A stretch of 64,000 nucleotides of DNA from Candidatus Pampinifervens sinense (lineage in GTDB: Bacteria; Aquificota; Aquificia; Aquificales; Aquificaceae): NCBI GenBank assembly GCA_037927135.1, contig JAXSPP010000006.1:66112-130111 (forward strand). Direction: 5' to 3'. Position numbers and translations under genes: made by a program. This document shows, piece after piece, positions 11,646 through 21,842 of the stretch; position 1 is the first letter of the stretch; every line of letters starts with the position of its first letter. A model generated the notes under the pieces. The model was not told the DNA's origin and ran no database searches. It saw only the letters and a program-made list of their open reading frames with translations.

Positions 11646-13745
11646 CTAAAAGCTGTAAGTTAGCCTCACAAGGAAGGTCCTCGGTGGTGCAGGAGTGTAT
11701 CTCTTTACACCGCTTGTGTCCTTTGTAACCTCGTTGGCATATTTTTTATCAAAGAGATTGCTGACCATAATAGAAAGGTCTAAGTTTTTCCTCTCATATC
11801 CTACTGTGGCACTCGTTAAAAACTCATAACCTTTATACTTTTCGCTGTTGGCGTTGTCTATATAGTACTCTCCCCATGTGTCAGCCTGCACCAAAAGTCT
11901 AAAGCCTGAAGGATGCCTGTAGGAGAAAAACAGTGAATACTGATGCATAGGTATGTAGGGTAGTCTATTCCCATTCCTGCTTACATTCACACTTTGGTTT
12001 CCTACCCTTACTATCTCAGAAAACTCCTTGAACTTGTAGTCTGAGTAGGCATAAGAGAGTCCAAGGCTAAGGTTTTCAAAGACTTCGTAAGATGCGAAAA
12101 TTTCAAGGCCTTTCTTTTCCGTCTTTCCAGCGTTTGTAAACTGCGTGTACCCATCGGGTTGTATAACCCTTACCACCTCATCTTTTACATGCATCAGGTA
12201 AAGGGCTGTATCCAAGGAAAGCTTTTTGTGCCTTATCTTAAGGCCTGTCTCATAGTTTATAACCTTTGTAAGCCTTAGGTTTGGATTGGAAGAAAGCTCA
12301 CCGCTGGAAGGTGTGTTCGCTCCCGTTGCCACCGTTGCATAGAGGTTTATCCAAGGCACAAGCCTATAAAGCAGGCCCACCCTCGGGCTTATCACCGTAT
12401 AAGTCTTCTCCCTTTTGTAAGAAAAACAGTTTTCTATCTGTGAATTAGGACAGGAAACATAGTTGCCAGCAGAAAAGGAATAGTCTCCCCACTTATACCC
12501 GCTTATATCAAACTTTACCCTGTCTGCCCTTACACCTATATCCAATATCCATTTGTCCCTTTGAAAAGACTCCTGAAGGAACACACCCATAAGGGTGGTC
12601 TTTTGATTTTGCCTTTCCAACATGTCTCCTTTTTTATCCGAAAGGGTGCTAACTATCCTACCGCTTACAACCTTAACATCCTTGTACTTAAAGTAATCTG
12701 TATCTTGATCATCCTGTCTTATTGTGATGCCTCCAGTAAGTATACCAAGGCTGTGTCTGTAGTTTGCTTGAAGGTCAAAGCCGTATATCCATGTGTTTGC
12801 CTCATTAATCCTGCCTATCACAGGGTGGTAGTGTTGCCAATGGTTTAGGTATACCAAGGGTATAAACTCTAGGCTTCCTACACTTTTTGTAAGCTTTGAA
12901 CTAAAGAAGAAGATCTCTGAATATCTTCCCATGTGCTTCCAAGGGTCTGCCGTTTGAGGTGCCCTTCCAGTGCTTAAAAACTGGGACCATTGGTCTATGT
13001 TCCTTTTTGGGTCTACCACAAGGGATCCAGGAAGCTGCAGGCTTGCCTTTGTGTAGCTTATATAGTTTTCCCATGTGTCTCCGTTTTCAAAAAGGTAAGA
13101 AGGCTGTAAGGTTATCTGGTTGGTCCAAAATTTGTTCCAAGGCCTCCAAGAGTTATCCGTCTGTCTCCTGCTTGCATTAAAACCAAGGTAAAAGCCCCCT
13201 CCTAAAGGGGCAGAGTAGTAAAGGTTATGGTTTTGAGAGTTAAAATCGCCAAAGCCAAGCTTTATAAAACCACCCTTCCTTTCAAAGGGACTTCTTGTTA
13301 TAACGTTTATCACACCACCCGCAGCATTCACACCCCATAGGGTAGAATTGGGCCCTTTTACCACCTCAACCCTCTCTATCAAAGAGGTGTCAACAAAGTC
13401 AAGCCTTGTAAGGCTGTCTGGATCTGTTATTGGAACGCCGTTTAGAAGCACCATTATCTCTCTGATTCCATAGGGAGCTTTGAGCCCCGCACCCCTTATT
13501 ATCAGCCTTGTATCATAGCCTTGATTTCTTGAGCTTATATTAACCCCCGGGATTCCAGAGAGGGCATCTTGCAGATTGAACATGGGCTTTTGCTCTATCT
13601 TCTCCTTGCCCACCACAGTTATACTTGCAGGCACATCCTTTGCTTCCCTTTCTATCCTTGTGGCTGTAACGCTGACCTCTGGAAGTTCTTCTGAGAAGGC
13701 CATTCCCAAAAGTGCTATAAAGGCTAGCTTTAATTTGCCTACCAT
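11646..13745 (-). CDS. TonB-dependent outer membrane receptor
   Basis: Signal peptide, TonB box EVSVTATR, plug motif IERVEVVKGPNSTLWG, C-terminal YSF. ATG at 13745 has an SD (GGAGG). Confidence 0.93.
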   Translation of the reverse strand: MVGKLKLAFIALLGMAFSEELPEVSVTATRIEREAKDVPASITVVGKEKIEQKPMFNLQDALSGIPGVNISSRNQGYDTRLIIRGAGLKAPYGIREIMVLLNGVPITDPDSLTRLDFVDTSLIERVEVVKGPNSTLWGVNAAGGVINVITRSPFERKGGFIKLGFGDFNSQNHNLYYSAPLGGGFYLGFNASRRQTDNSWRPWNKFWTNQITLQPSYLFENGDTWENYISYTKASLQLPGSLVVDPKRNIDQWSQFLSTGRAPQTADPWKHMGRYSEIFFFSSKLTKSVGSLEFIPLVYLNHWQHYHPVIGRINEANTWIYGFDLQANYRHSLGILTGGITIRQDDQDTDYFKYKDVKVVSGRIVSTLSDKKGDMLERQNQKTTLMGVFLQESFQRDKWILDIGVRADRVKFDISGYKWGDYSFSAGNYVSCPNSQIENCFSYKREKTYTVISPRVGLLYRLVPWINLYATVATGANTPSSGELSSNPNLRLTKVINYETGLKIRHKKLSLDTALYLMHVKDEVVRVIQPDGYTQFTNAGKTEKKGLEIFASYEVFENLSLGLSYAYSDYKFKEFSEIVRVGNQSVNVSRNGNRLPYIPMHQYSLFFSYRHPSGFRLLVQADTWGEYYIDNANSEKYKGYEFLTSATVGYERKNLDLSIMVSNLFDKKYANEVTKDTSGVKRYTPAPPRTFLVRLTYSF

Positions 13746-13851
13746 GTTCACTTCCTCCAAAAGATAATTTTAAAGTTATTATAACGAAAAGTTTAAGTCA
13801 ATATTAACTAAAAAGACACTTGAAGATTTGAAGATCAGAAATAAATTCAAT

Positions 13852-14310
13852 ATGAGAAAAGTCATGGGAAGGCCCAATCTTTCAAAGGGTTTTACCCTTA
13901 TTGAACTGCTTGTGGTTATTGCCATAATATCCATACTGGCTTCCTTAGCCATACCGCAGTATATGAGGTATCAAGAAAAGGCGAAGGTTGGATCCTATGC
14001 CCTACCGATAGCAAGGGCATGCTTGATGGATTATGTTATGTTTTGTATAGAAAATTCCGGAGCTATTCCTAACTTAAACAATTTGAGAAACTGCTACAGT
14101 ACTTTAGGAAATCAGAACTTTATAACGGCTGGTGGAGAGGTTACGCTTAACACCAACGACCTATTAGTACCATGCAATCCCGATGGATCCCCTGGTGATA
14201 ATGCCACTGTTAGGGCCTATCTTTCCACCGCACCAGGATTTCAAGCTGTATGTTATATACCTCAAAGCTCACAAAGTATAAGATGCACAATCGTAGCACG
14301 CACTCAATAA
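13852..14310 (+). CDS. type IV pilin (PilA/PilE-like)
   Basis: Prepilin cleavage site KG/FTLIELLVVIAIISILASLAIPQY and Cys pairs. Start uncertain (13828/13852/13864). Confidence 0.9.
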   Translation: MRKVMGRPNLSKGFTLIELLVVIAIISILASLAIPQYMRYQEKAKVGSYALPIARACLMDYVMFCIENSGAIPNLNNLRNCYSTLGNQNFITAGGEVTLNTNDLLVPCNPDGSPGDNATVRAYLSTAPGFQAVCYIPQSSQSIRCTIVARTQ

Positions 14311-14690
14311 CTACTTTTTATTTCAGTCCTTATTACAACCCTTTCCAGACCATACCTTTTAAAAAGGTCAAGAAGACTAACCAAAGACTGCACCTTGGCC
14401 TCTCTATCGGCGGAAAGGCTTATTTTGGTGGAAGGACTAAGGCTTTTTAAAATATGCTCAAGCTCTTGCAAACTTACCCTTTTCCCTTCAAAGTATATCT
14501 CACCCTCCTTTGTAAGAACTATCTCAAGGCTTTTTAAGGCTTCTTCCTTTCCTTCCTTTACCTTAGGTAAATTTACAGGTATGACTCCTTGCACCATAAA
14601 GCTTGCGGTTATAAGCACTATGGTAAGAAGCACAAGCAGTATATCCACAAAGGGTATAACGTTTATTGAGCTAAACTCTTTATCCTCCAT
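14304..14690 (-). CDS. exbD: biopolymer transport protein ExbD
   Basis: [14 protein letters not shown] motif with the conserved Asp; follows exbB. Confidence 0.92.
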   Translation of the reverse strand: MEDKEFSSINVIPFVDILLVLLTIVLITASFMVQGVIPVNLPKVKEGKEEALKSLEIVLTKEGEIYFEGKRVSLQELEHILKSLSPSTKISLSADREAKVQSLVSLLDLFKRYGLERVVIRTEIKSSY

Positions 14691-15105
14691 TTTCTATCTC
14701 CCACAGGCTTATCTTCTCTTTTACCTTTCTTAGAAGGTAGTTGTAAAGCACAGAGGAAGGGATGGCTACCAAAAGACCTAAGGCGGTGGCTTTTAGAGCC
14801 AAGGCAAGGCCTATCATAACCTTTTTTGTATCCACCAAGCCTTCCTGTCCAATGGTGTAAAAGGTAAGCATTATGCCAAGCACCGTTCCTAGAAGTCCAA
14901 TGTATGGAGCGTTGGATGCTACAGAGGCTATTATAAATAGCCCTCTTGTTAAGTCTACTTCAATCTCTTGCTTGCTTCTGTAAGCTTTTAAATCTACCCT
15001 TTTTAGGTACATATACCTTTCAAGAGCGATGCCCATAGAGAGAAAGCTCAAAAGGACCAAAATACCCATAACTCCGTAGTCTACAGAGGTTTTTATCCAG
15101 TCCAT
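14680..15105 (-). CDS. exbB: TonB-system energizer ExbB
   Basis: [14 protein letters not shown] and [14 protein letters not shown] motifs. Confidence 0.92.
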   Translation of the reverse strand: MDWIKTSVDYGVMGILVLLSFLSMGIALERYMYLKRVDLKAYRSKQEIEVDLTRGLFIIASVASNAPYIGLLGTVLGIMLTFYTIGQEGLVDTKKVMIGLALALKATALGLLVAIPSSVLYNYLLRKVKEKISLWEIENGG

Positions 15106-15149
15106 GGTGTTAATTTTAATATAAAGTTATGAGATTTTCAACAACCATC

Positions 15150-15608
15150 CTATTTTACATAAACTGCTTCTACCCTTGCAGTCTGTTGATTAGGGCTTGG
15201 AGCCCCTGCAGGAAAGCGAGCTATAGATACAATTTTGAATACACCACCTTTTGAGGAAGCTGCTGCTGTTACTGGCTCCCTTGATGTACCACTTATCTCT
15301 TGCCCTGTCAAAAATTGATCGCTTGCTATCCTACATATAATTATCTCTGTCCTGCCGATACCATCCCTACCAGTAATTCTAAAGTCCAGAAATAGCTGTT
15401 GGCAAGTTTGCCTTTGAGGTATATTGGTCATAGAAGCTGCATACCTTGCTCCTGCAGCGGCTGCTTCTCTCACAGATGTAAACGTCCTTATCTCTTCTGT
15501 AGATTTAAAAAGCCTGTTTAGTGCTATGTATAAACCAGTTATAAAAGCGCTTATTAATAAGGCAAATATGAGAGCATTTACAAGAGCGATACCAAGCTGC
15601 CATTTCAA
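15150..15608 (-). CDS. PilX-like minor pilin
   Basis: G/IALVNALIF prepilin-like N-terminus lacking Glu5, as in PilX. Likely TTG start at 15608 overlapping the upstream TGA (TTGA). Confidence 0.7.
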   Translation of the reverse strand: MKWQLGIALVNALIFALLISAFITGLYIALNRLFKSTEEIRTFTSVREAAAAGARYAASMTNIPQRQTCQQLFLDFRITGRDGIGRTEIIICRIASDQFLTGQEISGTSREPVTAAASSKGGVFKIVSIARFPAGAPSPNQQTARVEAVYVK

Positions 15609-16495
15609 TGTAAATTTGGCATAAATATGTCCATTTCTACCTTGCCCCATTTTCTATTCCTCCATGTGTTTTGTATATTTGGGTTCAATTGCGTTAGCCT
15701 TCCACCTCCACAAGCATCTGTATACTCCGGTTCTGTATTGGTACCTGTAGCGGGTGCAGACTCTGAAAGTTGAACCATCATACATAGCCTAATACCCCTA
15801 AGCTGGTCATACGGACAAGGAGTATCAAAAGCTTCTATTTCATTATTTTGGTCTACGCAAAGATACCTAAATCTCAAATGAGCTACGCATTGTATTATCT
15901 CTGCAGGTGTCCCATTCATATCAAGCATTAGTCTTTGGGTGCCATTTAAGCATTGGGGTGAAAGGTTTTGACTATCTAAGTAAAGTCTTAAATTAACTGG
16001 ATCATTTCTAAAAGCAAGACAGTTGCTTTGGCAGTTTAAGCTTTTATCTATCATGCTTATCCTTATAGGATAGCTACCAGGATCTGTTGGACAGTTCCTT
16101 AGAGTGGTAAAAGAGACTGGCATTATATCATCGCTACCTTCGCTTAGTTTAAAGTTTCCATTGCTATCTATATAACCCCAGCAGCCAGCCATTGTATTCT
16201 GAGATGCTACCCTTGTAAGGATTTCTAACCTTTGGTTGTTATTTATAAGATTTATAACATTCCCACTTCCATAGTTTAGCTTGCTATTATCTATTCCAAA
16301 GCCAGCAGAGGAAAGAAGTTTTGCCAGATTATCCATAACAAAGTTTAGCTGGGCCTGGCTTTTCACAACGGTGCTTCTTTCTGCTACATTACCTATGAGG
16401 CTTCTATAAAGTGCTATCAGACCCCCAGCCAGTATTAAACTCAAAACCATCACAATTAAAAGTTCAACCAACGTAAAACCTCTTTCCTTCCTCAT
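15605..16495 (-). CDS. PilW-like minor pilin
   Basis: RG/FTLVELL N-methylation motif and position in the cluster. Confidence 0.8.
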   Translation of the reverse strand: MRKERGFTLVELLIVMVLSLILAGGLIALYRSLIGNVAERSTVVKSQAQLNFVMDNLAKLLSSAGFGIDNSKLNYGSGNVINLINNNQRLEILTRVASQNTMAGCWGYIDSNGNFKLSEGSDDIMPVSFTTLRNCPTDPGSYPIRISMIDKSLNCQSNCLAFRNDPVNLRLYLDSQNLSPQCLNGTQRLMLDMNGTPAEIIQCVAHLRFRYLCVDQNNEIEAFDTPCPYDQLRGIRLCMMVQLSESAPATGTNTEPEYTDACGGGRLTQLNPNIQNTWRNRKWGKVEMDIFMPNLH

Positions 16496-17442
16496 GGTAG
16501 ACCCTGCCTTTCCTTAAACACCACCTTTGTAAAAGCCCTATATCTTTTATCTATTGGGTCAAAATACCAAGCTATTATACCTATAGCCTTCCCAAGTGGG
16601 TTCGTAGGAGATCTTAAATCAAAGTAGTTTATAATCGTTATACCCACATACACCTTATTGCCGGGTGCAGAGCTCCAAGAAACGCCTCCTCTCCTACTTA
16701 CCTCATAGGTGCATTTTAATCCTCCAAGGCAGTTTTTATCAATTCTAAAATTCCAAGAGCCATCCCAGCTCGTCCATCCGCTTCCTATTCTACAATCTGT
16801 TCTACAATGGCCAAGTCTACAAGCGCAATCGTCAGATCCTTGCCCCCAATCTGGTAAAAGCCTAAGGTGGCCAGCTAAATACCATGAGGGAAATCTATAT
16901 TTCATATTTTCTTCATTACAATTTGATTCGCCCTCCCTACAGTTGTTATTCCCATGGTATGGGTCTATAAGTGCAACTATGCCATCATCATCCGAATCGT
17001 AGACCTTAAAGCCGTAAGGTGCATAGCCTGGTTCAAAAAAGGCGCAGTAGAAACAATGTTGGTCTGTCTGGGGATTGCATATGGGTGGCTCCTGACCGGA
17101 GTTTATTGTCCAGTTTCTCCAGTCTCTTGCTTGTATGCTACAAAAGGCCCTGTTATACGCACAATCATAACAATAAAGAGCATTGCCTCCTGCCATCGGT
17201 GGATCTTCATTGTTTTCACCAGGGCTTATTATCCAACTATCATATGGAAGCGCTTCTATAAAGGACGCCCAGCTTTCAACCACCTGTGCTGCTGTCTGTC
17301 TTGCCTTTATCCTCATATCAAGCCTTATAAGCTCCAAAACGCCTTTTGCTAAAGCTATACCCAAGAAGAGTATGATTATCATTGCTACAAGAAGCTCTAT
17401 GATGGTAAAACCTTTTTTGTGTTTTAAAACCCTTGTGGACAT
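16492..17442 (-). CDS. PilV-like minor pilin with large Cys-rich domain
   Basis: KG/FTIIELL motif; lies between FimU-like and PilW-like genes; 316 aa with 14 Cys. Confidence 0.72.
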   Translation of the reverse strand: MSTRVLKHKKGFTIIELLVAMIIILFLGIALAKGVLELIRLDMRIKARQTAAQVVESWASFIEALPYDSWIISPGENNEDPPMAGGNALYCYDCAYNRAFCSIQARDWRNWTINSGQEPPICNPQTDQHCFYCAFFEPGYAPYGFKVYDSDDDGIVALIDPYHGNNNCREGESNCNEENMKYRFPSWYLAGHLRLLPDWGQGSDDCACRLGHCRTDCRIGSGWTSWDGSWNFRIDKNCLGGLKCTYEVSRRGGVSWSSAPGNKVYVGITIINYFDLRSPTNPLGKAIGIIAWYFDPIDKRYRAFTKVVFKERQGLP

Positions 17443-17909
17443 TCTTCACCCTCCAATACCCTTATCCTTCCATACCGGTTAATGCATATAGTTTTGGACT
17501 TATTCAAAGGCTGTGAGTGAAGGACTATCCTATCCATACCAAGGCCACATATAGCATTTCTTGGATAACCTACCCTATCAAATATTATCAATGTATCTTT
17601 GTTTGAGACCACACCTTCAGGAAGGTTAAAAGTTTCTATGTTGTTTCTGTTGGCGCAATTATTGTCTACTCTAAACCTTATTATTTGGTTGGATCCATTT
17701 CTAAACTCTAACCCCAGCATAAAATCCCTACTACTGGACATTCTTCTTGTTTCTTCCAGGTACTGAACAACGGAGTTTACAGCCTCTCTTAGCCTAGCTT
17801 CGTTTCTCTGATTTATGAGATACCTGATGGACAAACCCATAAGTATGGATATGATGGCGATAACTACAGCAACCTCTATTAAAGTGTAGCCCTTTACTTT
17901 TCTATCCAT
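17424..17909 (-). CDS. FimU/FimT (GspH-like) minor pilin
   Basis: KG/YTLIEVA motif; C-terminal IIFDRVGYP...INRYGRIR pattern typical of FimT/GspH. Confidence 0.82.
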   Translation of the reverse strand: MDRKVKGYTLIEVAVVIAIISILMGLSIRYLINQRNEARLREAVNSVVQYLEETRRMSSSRDFMLGLEFRNGSNQIIRFRVDNNCANRNNIETFNLPEGVVSNKDTLIIFDRVGYPRNAICGLGMDRIVLHSQPLNKSKTICINRYGRIRVLEGEECPQGF

Positions 17910-20900
17910 AGCACAAACCTTCCTGGCTTTCTTTGTCCCTGGAATTGAATGTTTATGAGCCCTCCGAGGCTGGTCTGCGCGATTATCCTATCTCCTTGTG
18001 GAGTAGATACATATCTAAAAGCCTCTCCTAAAGGTGGTGCTCCATAGCCAGCAAACACTGAATATTTAAGCGTATTGCCGGAAGTGTTGCCAACTGTAGC
18101 AAGAGGTGGATTAGCGGGTGGCAAGCCCGTTTTGTAATTTAACGCCGCTATATAGGTTTCTCCTACTGGAGTGCATATATCTTGGCTTGGCTTGAAGTAT
18201 ATACTAAGGACGGTTCCAAAGGCTACTAAAGGTCTTGAATGGGACAAAGCTGGGGAGTCAAACTTGTAGTACCATCCCTTTTTACCAGCTTGGAGCTTGC
18301 ATTGGTCCACTTGAGAGTTTGTGGATATTACTACATCCTTTTGAGAACAACCGTTTTGATCACAGCTACACATCTTTTTAGTTTGTGAGGATGTAAAGTT
18401 AAGAACAGTGGAGTTGCAATTGCTATAACCACTTATACTGTTAGCATCCGCCAGGTCGTTTTTTGATACTGTGATTGAGCATGTAGGATCAAAATACTTT
18501 CCTGCAGGATTCCAGCATGGGTCCATGAAGCCTATTAGATAGTTGTCATATGGAATCTGATTATGTCTTGGAGACAGATACAGACCAGTATTCACATAGA
18601 CCCAAAGGTTTTGGTTTTCATCCTTTGTAGCGGAAACTGCGGCAAAAACGGGAGGGGTATGATTGCCTGTTCTGAAAGAGTCCAAGTCAAGCACCTTTTT
18701 TATATCGCTTATGGTAATCTGGTCTGGCCTTCTGTATGTATTTGGTCCCACTTTGAGAGCTATTCTAAACAGGCCACCCCAGCTCCTATTGTTATTATCA
18801 TAACCATACATACCAAAATAGACCACATCATCCTGATAATCACCATCTATGTCAAACTCCATAAGGTCTCCCACCGCAGCCCTTGTATTTGGTGGAATAA
18901 GAGGGCTCAGATCTATCTTCTTAAGAATCTGTCCGTTAGATGGGTCTATTATGTATAGCTTAGGATTGGATAAGAACTTATCATAAGAATCTGCATATGG
19001 GTCTTTTGGTCCAGAGCCTGTTATAAAATACCAATATCCGTTTTTGTTTCTGTCTCCTATTCTAACCCTTGCAGGGTAAGCTGTGGTAAGGGCACCATCT
19101 TCTAAAGTTATCTCCCATACTACCTTAGGCTTTTGACCAGTGGCCATATAATCGGTTATGTCTATAAGCATCATGGAGGATGAAGCTATGGTGTTTCCAT
19201 TACTATCGGTCAATCTCTTACCACCAAGACCCATTGGAACAAAAAGGTATGTTCTCCAGCTATTTATATCTTTATTTGCTTCTGGATTATAGCCTGGATA
19301 AAAAGTGGCATCAAAGGCATCAAGCCTGTAATCTAAAATGGGTATGTATCCGCCCGCGGAGCAATAGTCTTTATGTCCATACCAAAGCATGTAAGGCAAA
19401 GCATTTTTGGGAATGAGGGCATACTCTTCACTACCTACTTGGTCCTGGTTTTCTGTATCTGGGCTGTTTGTTATTTTAATGGGTTGCCAGGAGTTTCCAG
19501 TCTCTTTTAGAAAGCCTATTCTGAAGAAGTGTATCATGCCTTGGCCTGTGCTAACAAAGGCTATAGATCTTCTATTTTTATACGCAGGTTGGTTTACAAA
19601 GTTCTCATAGGTACTATCTCCATAGGTTATTATGTATTTGCTTATAAGTGGTTCATTGCTTGCTACAGTTGGTGTGGAGTATACTATGGGGCCTAGTTTC
19701 CAAGGCACATCAGATCCTGACGAATATCCAGGGCAAATTTTTGAGATATTATCTAACTCCCTTTCCCTACGCACATATAATACTGGGTGGTTCTCGTTAT
19801 ACTTTTGTCCTCTATGATATTGTATTACATCACTGCACTGTTGATCTGTTAAGCTCATATCTATGCTTGTCCACCCATTGAGGCAACCTTCACTGGATAT
19901 AAAGTCTCTTAGTTGGTTGCTATTGTTCAAATAAAGTATGTTTCTACTATCCTCATCTGTAAGTGCAAGCTTGCAGTCAAAATCTATAGTTGGGATTAGT
20001 TCTTCAAGTAGATATTTCTCTTGGTAATTTGTACATGCGTTTGGATTTTGATCTGGGTCATCGTTGAAAACAGCCGCTTTTGGCTGATGCTCTTCGTCGA
20101 AGAATATCCTAAATATCTTATCAATAGCGTTTCCAAAGATGGTAAGGATCTTATCCCTGATTGAATCTTCTCTAAAGTTTCCTAAGCTATCTATCCAATA
20201 TCCTCTAAATATACCAAGCCACTTTATTGAATTAAATTCGGGATGAAATCCTGGCTGGATAACCACTGCAGAAGACTGATATCTGGAAGACAATGTGGCC
20301 ACAGTGGCACCAGAAGAAGCTCTTTTGAGTATGTCGGCGAAGGCGGAAAGAAGGGCGCTCTTTAAGCTTTCAGCATCATCTGCTTCATAAAAGTTGTAAG
20401 GGAGGCCCTTAGGTGGTTGGGCTGTATCCCATTCGGCGCACTTGGGATCCCAAGAACTATTAGGATTACACTGGGGAAGTGGGTATTGAACTCCTCTGCT
20501 ATTACAGTAAGTTTGAGTTGGTGTTTGTATATTTGTACAGTAGGTTCCACTGCCATTAGGATACTGGATACCTGTAAAGGGGAAGGGCCATGTATTGTTA
20601 TCTTTGTCCTCAAAGCCGCCAAAGATGGCGGTAGTTATCATCGCTTGTCTTCCTTGAAGTTTTGTATTAGGGTCCAAATCGCCAAAAGCATAAACTGCAT
20701 AGGTGTAAACATTTTGCTTTCCGGGTAGGTCGCTTCTGAGGTCCTGCGTTGCCATAATACGGGCAGGCACTACTGGGTCCACATTCCCATTCCAAGCACC
20801 GTCAGAGAGCAGGAGAACAAAGCTCTTCCTGCAGGGTACTGCGTAAGAATTTTGACCAGAACCATCGTAGTATGGGTCCGTATTGCCATTACCCCTACCA

Positions 20901-21841
20901 ATATAGGCAGTATTTTCTTCATAGTTATTGTCATTGCTTTGCTTATAAAAGTCATAGGCTTCCCACAGGGCCTCACCAGTGGGTGTGTCATAATATGGAA
21001 GCTCATTGTTTATGGCGTTTATCAGTTGAGATATTGTAGCCTGTTTCCCGACCTTTATTTCTCCATATCTCCCGTCACCTGCAAAAACCATAAACTCCAT
21101 TATGAGCTGGCATTTTTCATTGATCTGTCCGTTTAAGTTTGAAGTATCACAGAAGGAGTGAATAATTCCTCTAATAGAAGATGGGTCTGAGGGTCTTATT
21201 CGAAGCTGTGCGTTGTTTATAGCGTTGTTTCCAAGGGGACAAGTTCCATTGTAGTTTCTTATTGTTAAACTTCTGTTGCTGGGTTGGCCGGCGGTTATTT
21301 GGAATTGGCATTTGAGGTTTGAGTCATATATAGTGTATATGGCTCCTTCGCTTATAAGAAATGTGTTGCCTTGAGAGGAGCTTGACCTTCCGCCAGTCAA
21401 AACCCAACGGGCTATATCAATCCTTGTGGCACTTATCCAGTTTAAAAGGTTTCCAGAGATGCAGGAGGAGGTGCCGATCTTGTTAGAACAATCACAGTTT
21501 GCTTCTACAAAGTTTGATCCTGAATAACTATAGCATTTATTTGGATTAAAGTATCCCGAGTAAATCTTGTTAGTGTCATACTTAGCAGGAGATGAGGAGG
21601 TTATATAAGAAGTTCCACAGTTTGCCGTTTTTTGCTGAGTATATCTCAAAAAATCACATGGCACATAGGCTGGAAATTGCATGGATCCAGAGAAATCCAT
21701 AACTATAAGAACGTTGGGCTTTACTGCGTTTGATATAAAAGGTGGTACATAACAGTAATCAGACATTTGGGCTGGCTTTGTCTGCGTGAAAGCCAAAAGT
21801 AAGATAACTATCAAAAACAGCACTTTTCTCATGGTGCCCAC
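17894..21841 (-). CDS. pilY1: type IV pilus tip adhesin PilY1/PilC
   Basis: Signal peptide, vWA MIDAS DFSGS, LLLSDG, beta-propeller region with LGPIVYSTP, Ca-binding DIDGDYQDD and KGWYY. Confidence 0.88.
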   Translation of the reverse strand: MGTMRKVLFLIVILLLAFTQTKPAQMSDYCYVPPFISNAVKPNVLIVMDFSGSMQFPAYVPCDFLRYTQQKTANCGTSYITSSSPAKYDTNKIYSGYFNPNKCYSYSGSNFVEANCDCSNKIGTSSCISGNLLNWISATRIDIARWVLTGGRSSSSQGNTFLISEGAIYTIYDSNLKCQFQITAGQPSNRSLTIRNYNGTCPLGNNAINNAQLRIRPSDPSSIRGIIHSFCDTSNLNGQINEKCQLIMEFMVFAGDGRYGEIKVGKQATISQLINAINNELPYYDTPTGEALWEAYDFYKQSNDNNYEENTAYIGRGNGNTDPYYDGSGQNSYAVPCRKSFVLLLSDGAWNGNVDPVVPARIMATQDLRSDLPGKQNVYTYAVYAFGDLDPNTKLQGRQAMITTAIFGGFEDKDNNTWPFPFTGIQYPNGSGTYCTNIQTPTQTYCNSRGVQYPLPQCNPNSSWDPKCAEWDTAQPPKGLPYNFYEADDAESLKSALLSAFADILKRASSGATVATLSSRYQSSAVVIQPGFHPEFNSIKWLGIFRGYWIDSLGNFREDSIRDKILTIFGNAIDKIFRIFFDEEHQPKAAVFNDDPDQNPNACTNYQEKYLLEELIPTIDFDCKLALTDEDSRNILYLNNSNQLRDFISSEGCLNGWTSIDMSLTDQQCSDVIQYHRGQKYNENHPVLYVRRERELDNISKICPGYSSGSDVPWKLGPIVYSTPTVASNEPLISKYIITYGDSTYENFVNQPAYKNRRSIAFVSTGQGMIHFFRIGFLKETGNSWQPIKITNSPDTENQDQVGSEEYALIPKNALPYMLWYGHKDYCSAGGYIPILDYRLDAFDATFYPGYNPEANKDINSWRTYLFVPMGLGGKRLTDSNGNTIASSSMMLIDITDYMATGQKPKVVWEITLEDGALTTAYPARVRIGDRNKNGYWYFITGSGPKDPYADSYDKFLSNPKLYIIDPSNGQILKKIDLSPLIPPNTRAAVGDLMEFDIDGDYQDDVVYFGMYGYDNNNRSWGGLFRIALKVGPNTYRRPDQITISDIKKVLDLDSFRTGNHTPPVFAAVSATKDENQNLWVYVNTGLYLSPRHNQIPYDNYLIGFMDPCWNPAGKYFDPTCSITVSKNDLADANSISGYSNCNSTVLNFTSSQTKKMCSCDQNGCSQKDVVISTNSQVDQCKLQAGKKGWYYKFDSPALSHSRPLVAFGTVLSIYFKPSQDICTPVGETYIAALNYKTGLPPANPPLATVGNTSGNTLKYSVFAGYGAPPLGEAFRYVSTPQGDRIIAQTSLGGLINIQFQGQRKPGRFVLWIEK

Positions 21842-21842
21842 C

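Noticed and set aside
13852-21841. Diversity-generating retroelement, shufflon or silent pilin cassettes in the pilus locus
   Set aside because: No reverse transcriptase, recombinase, template/variable repeat pair or duplicate pilin fragments were seen by eye.
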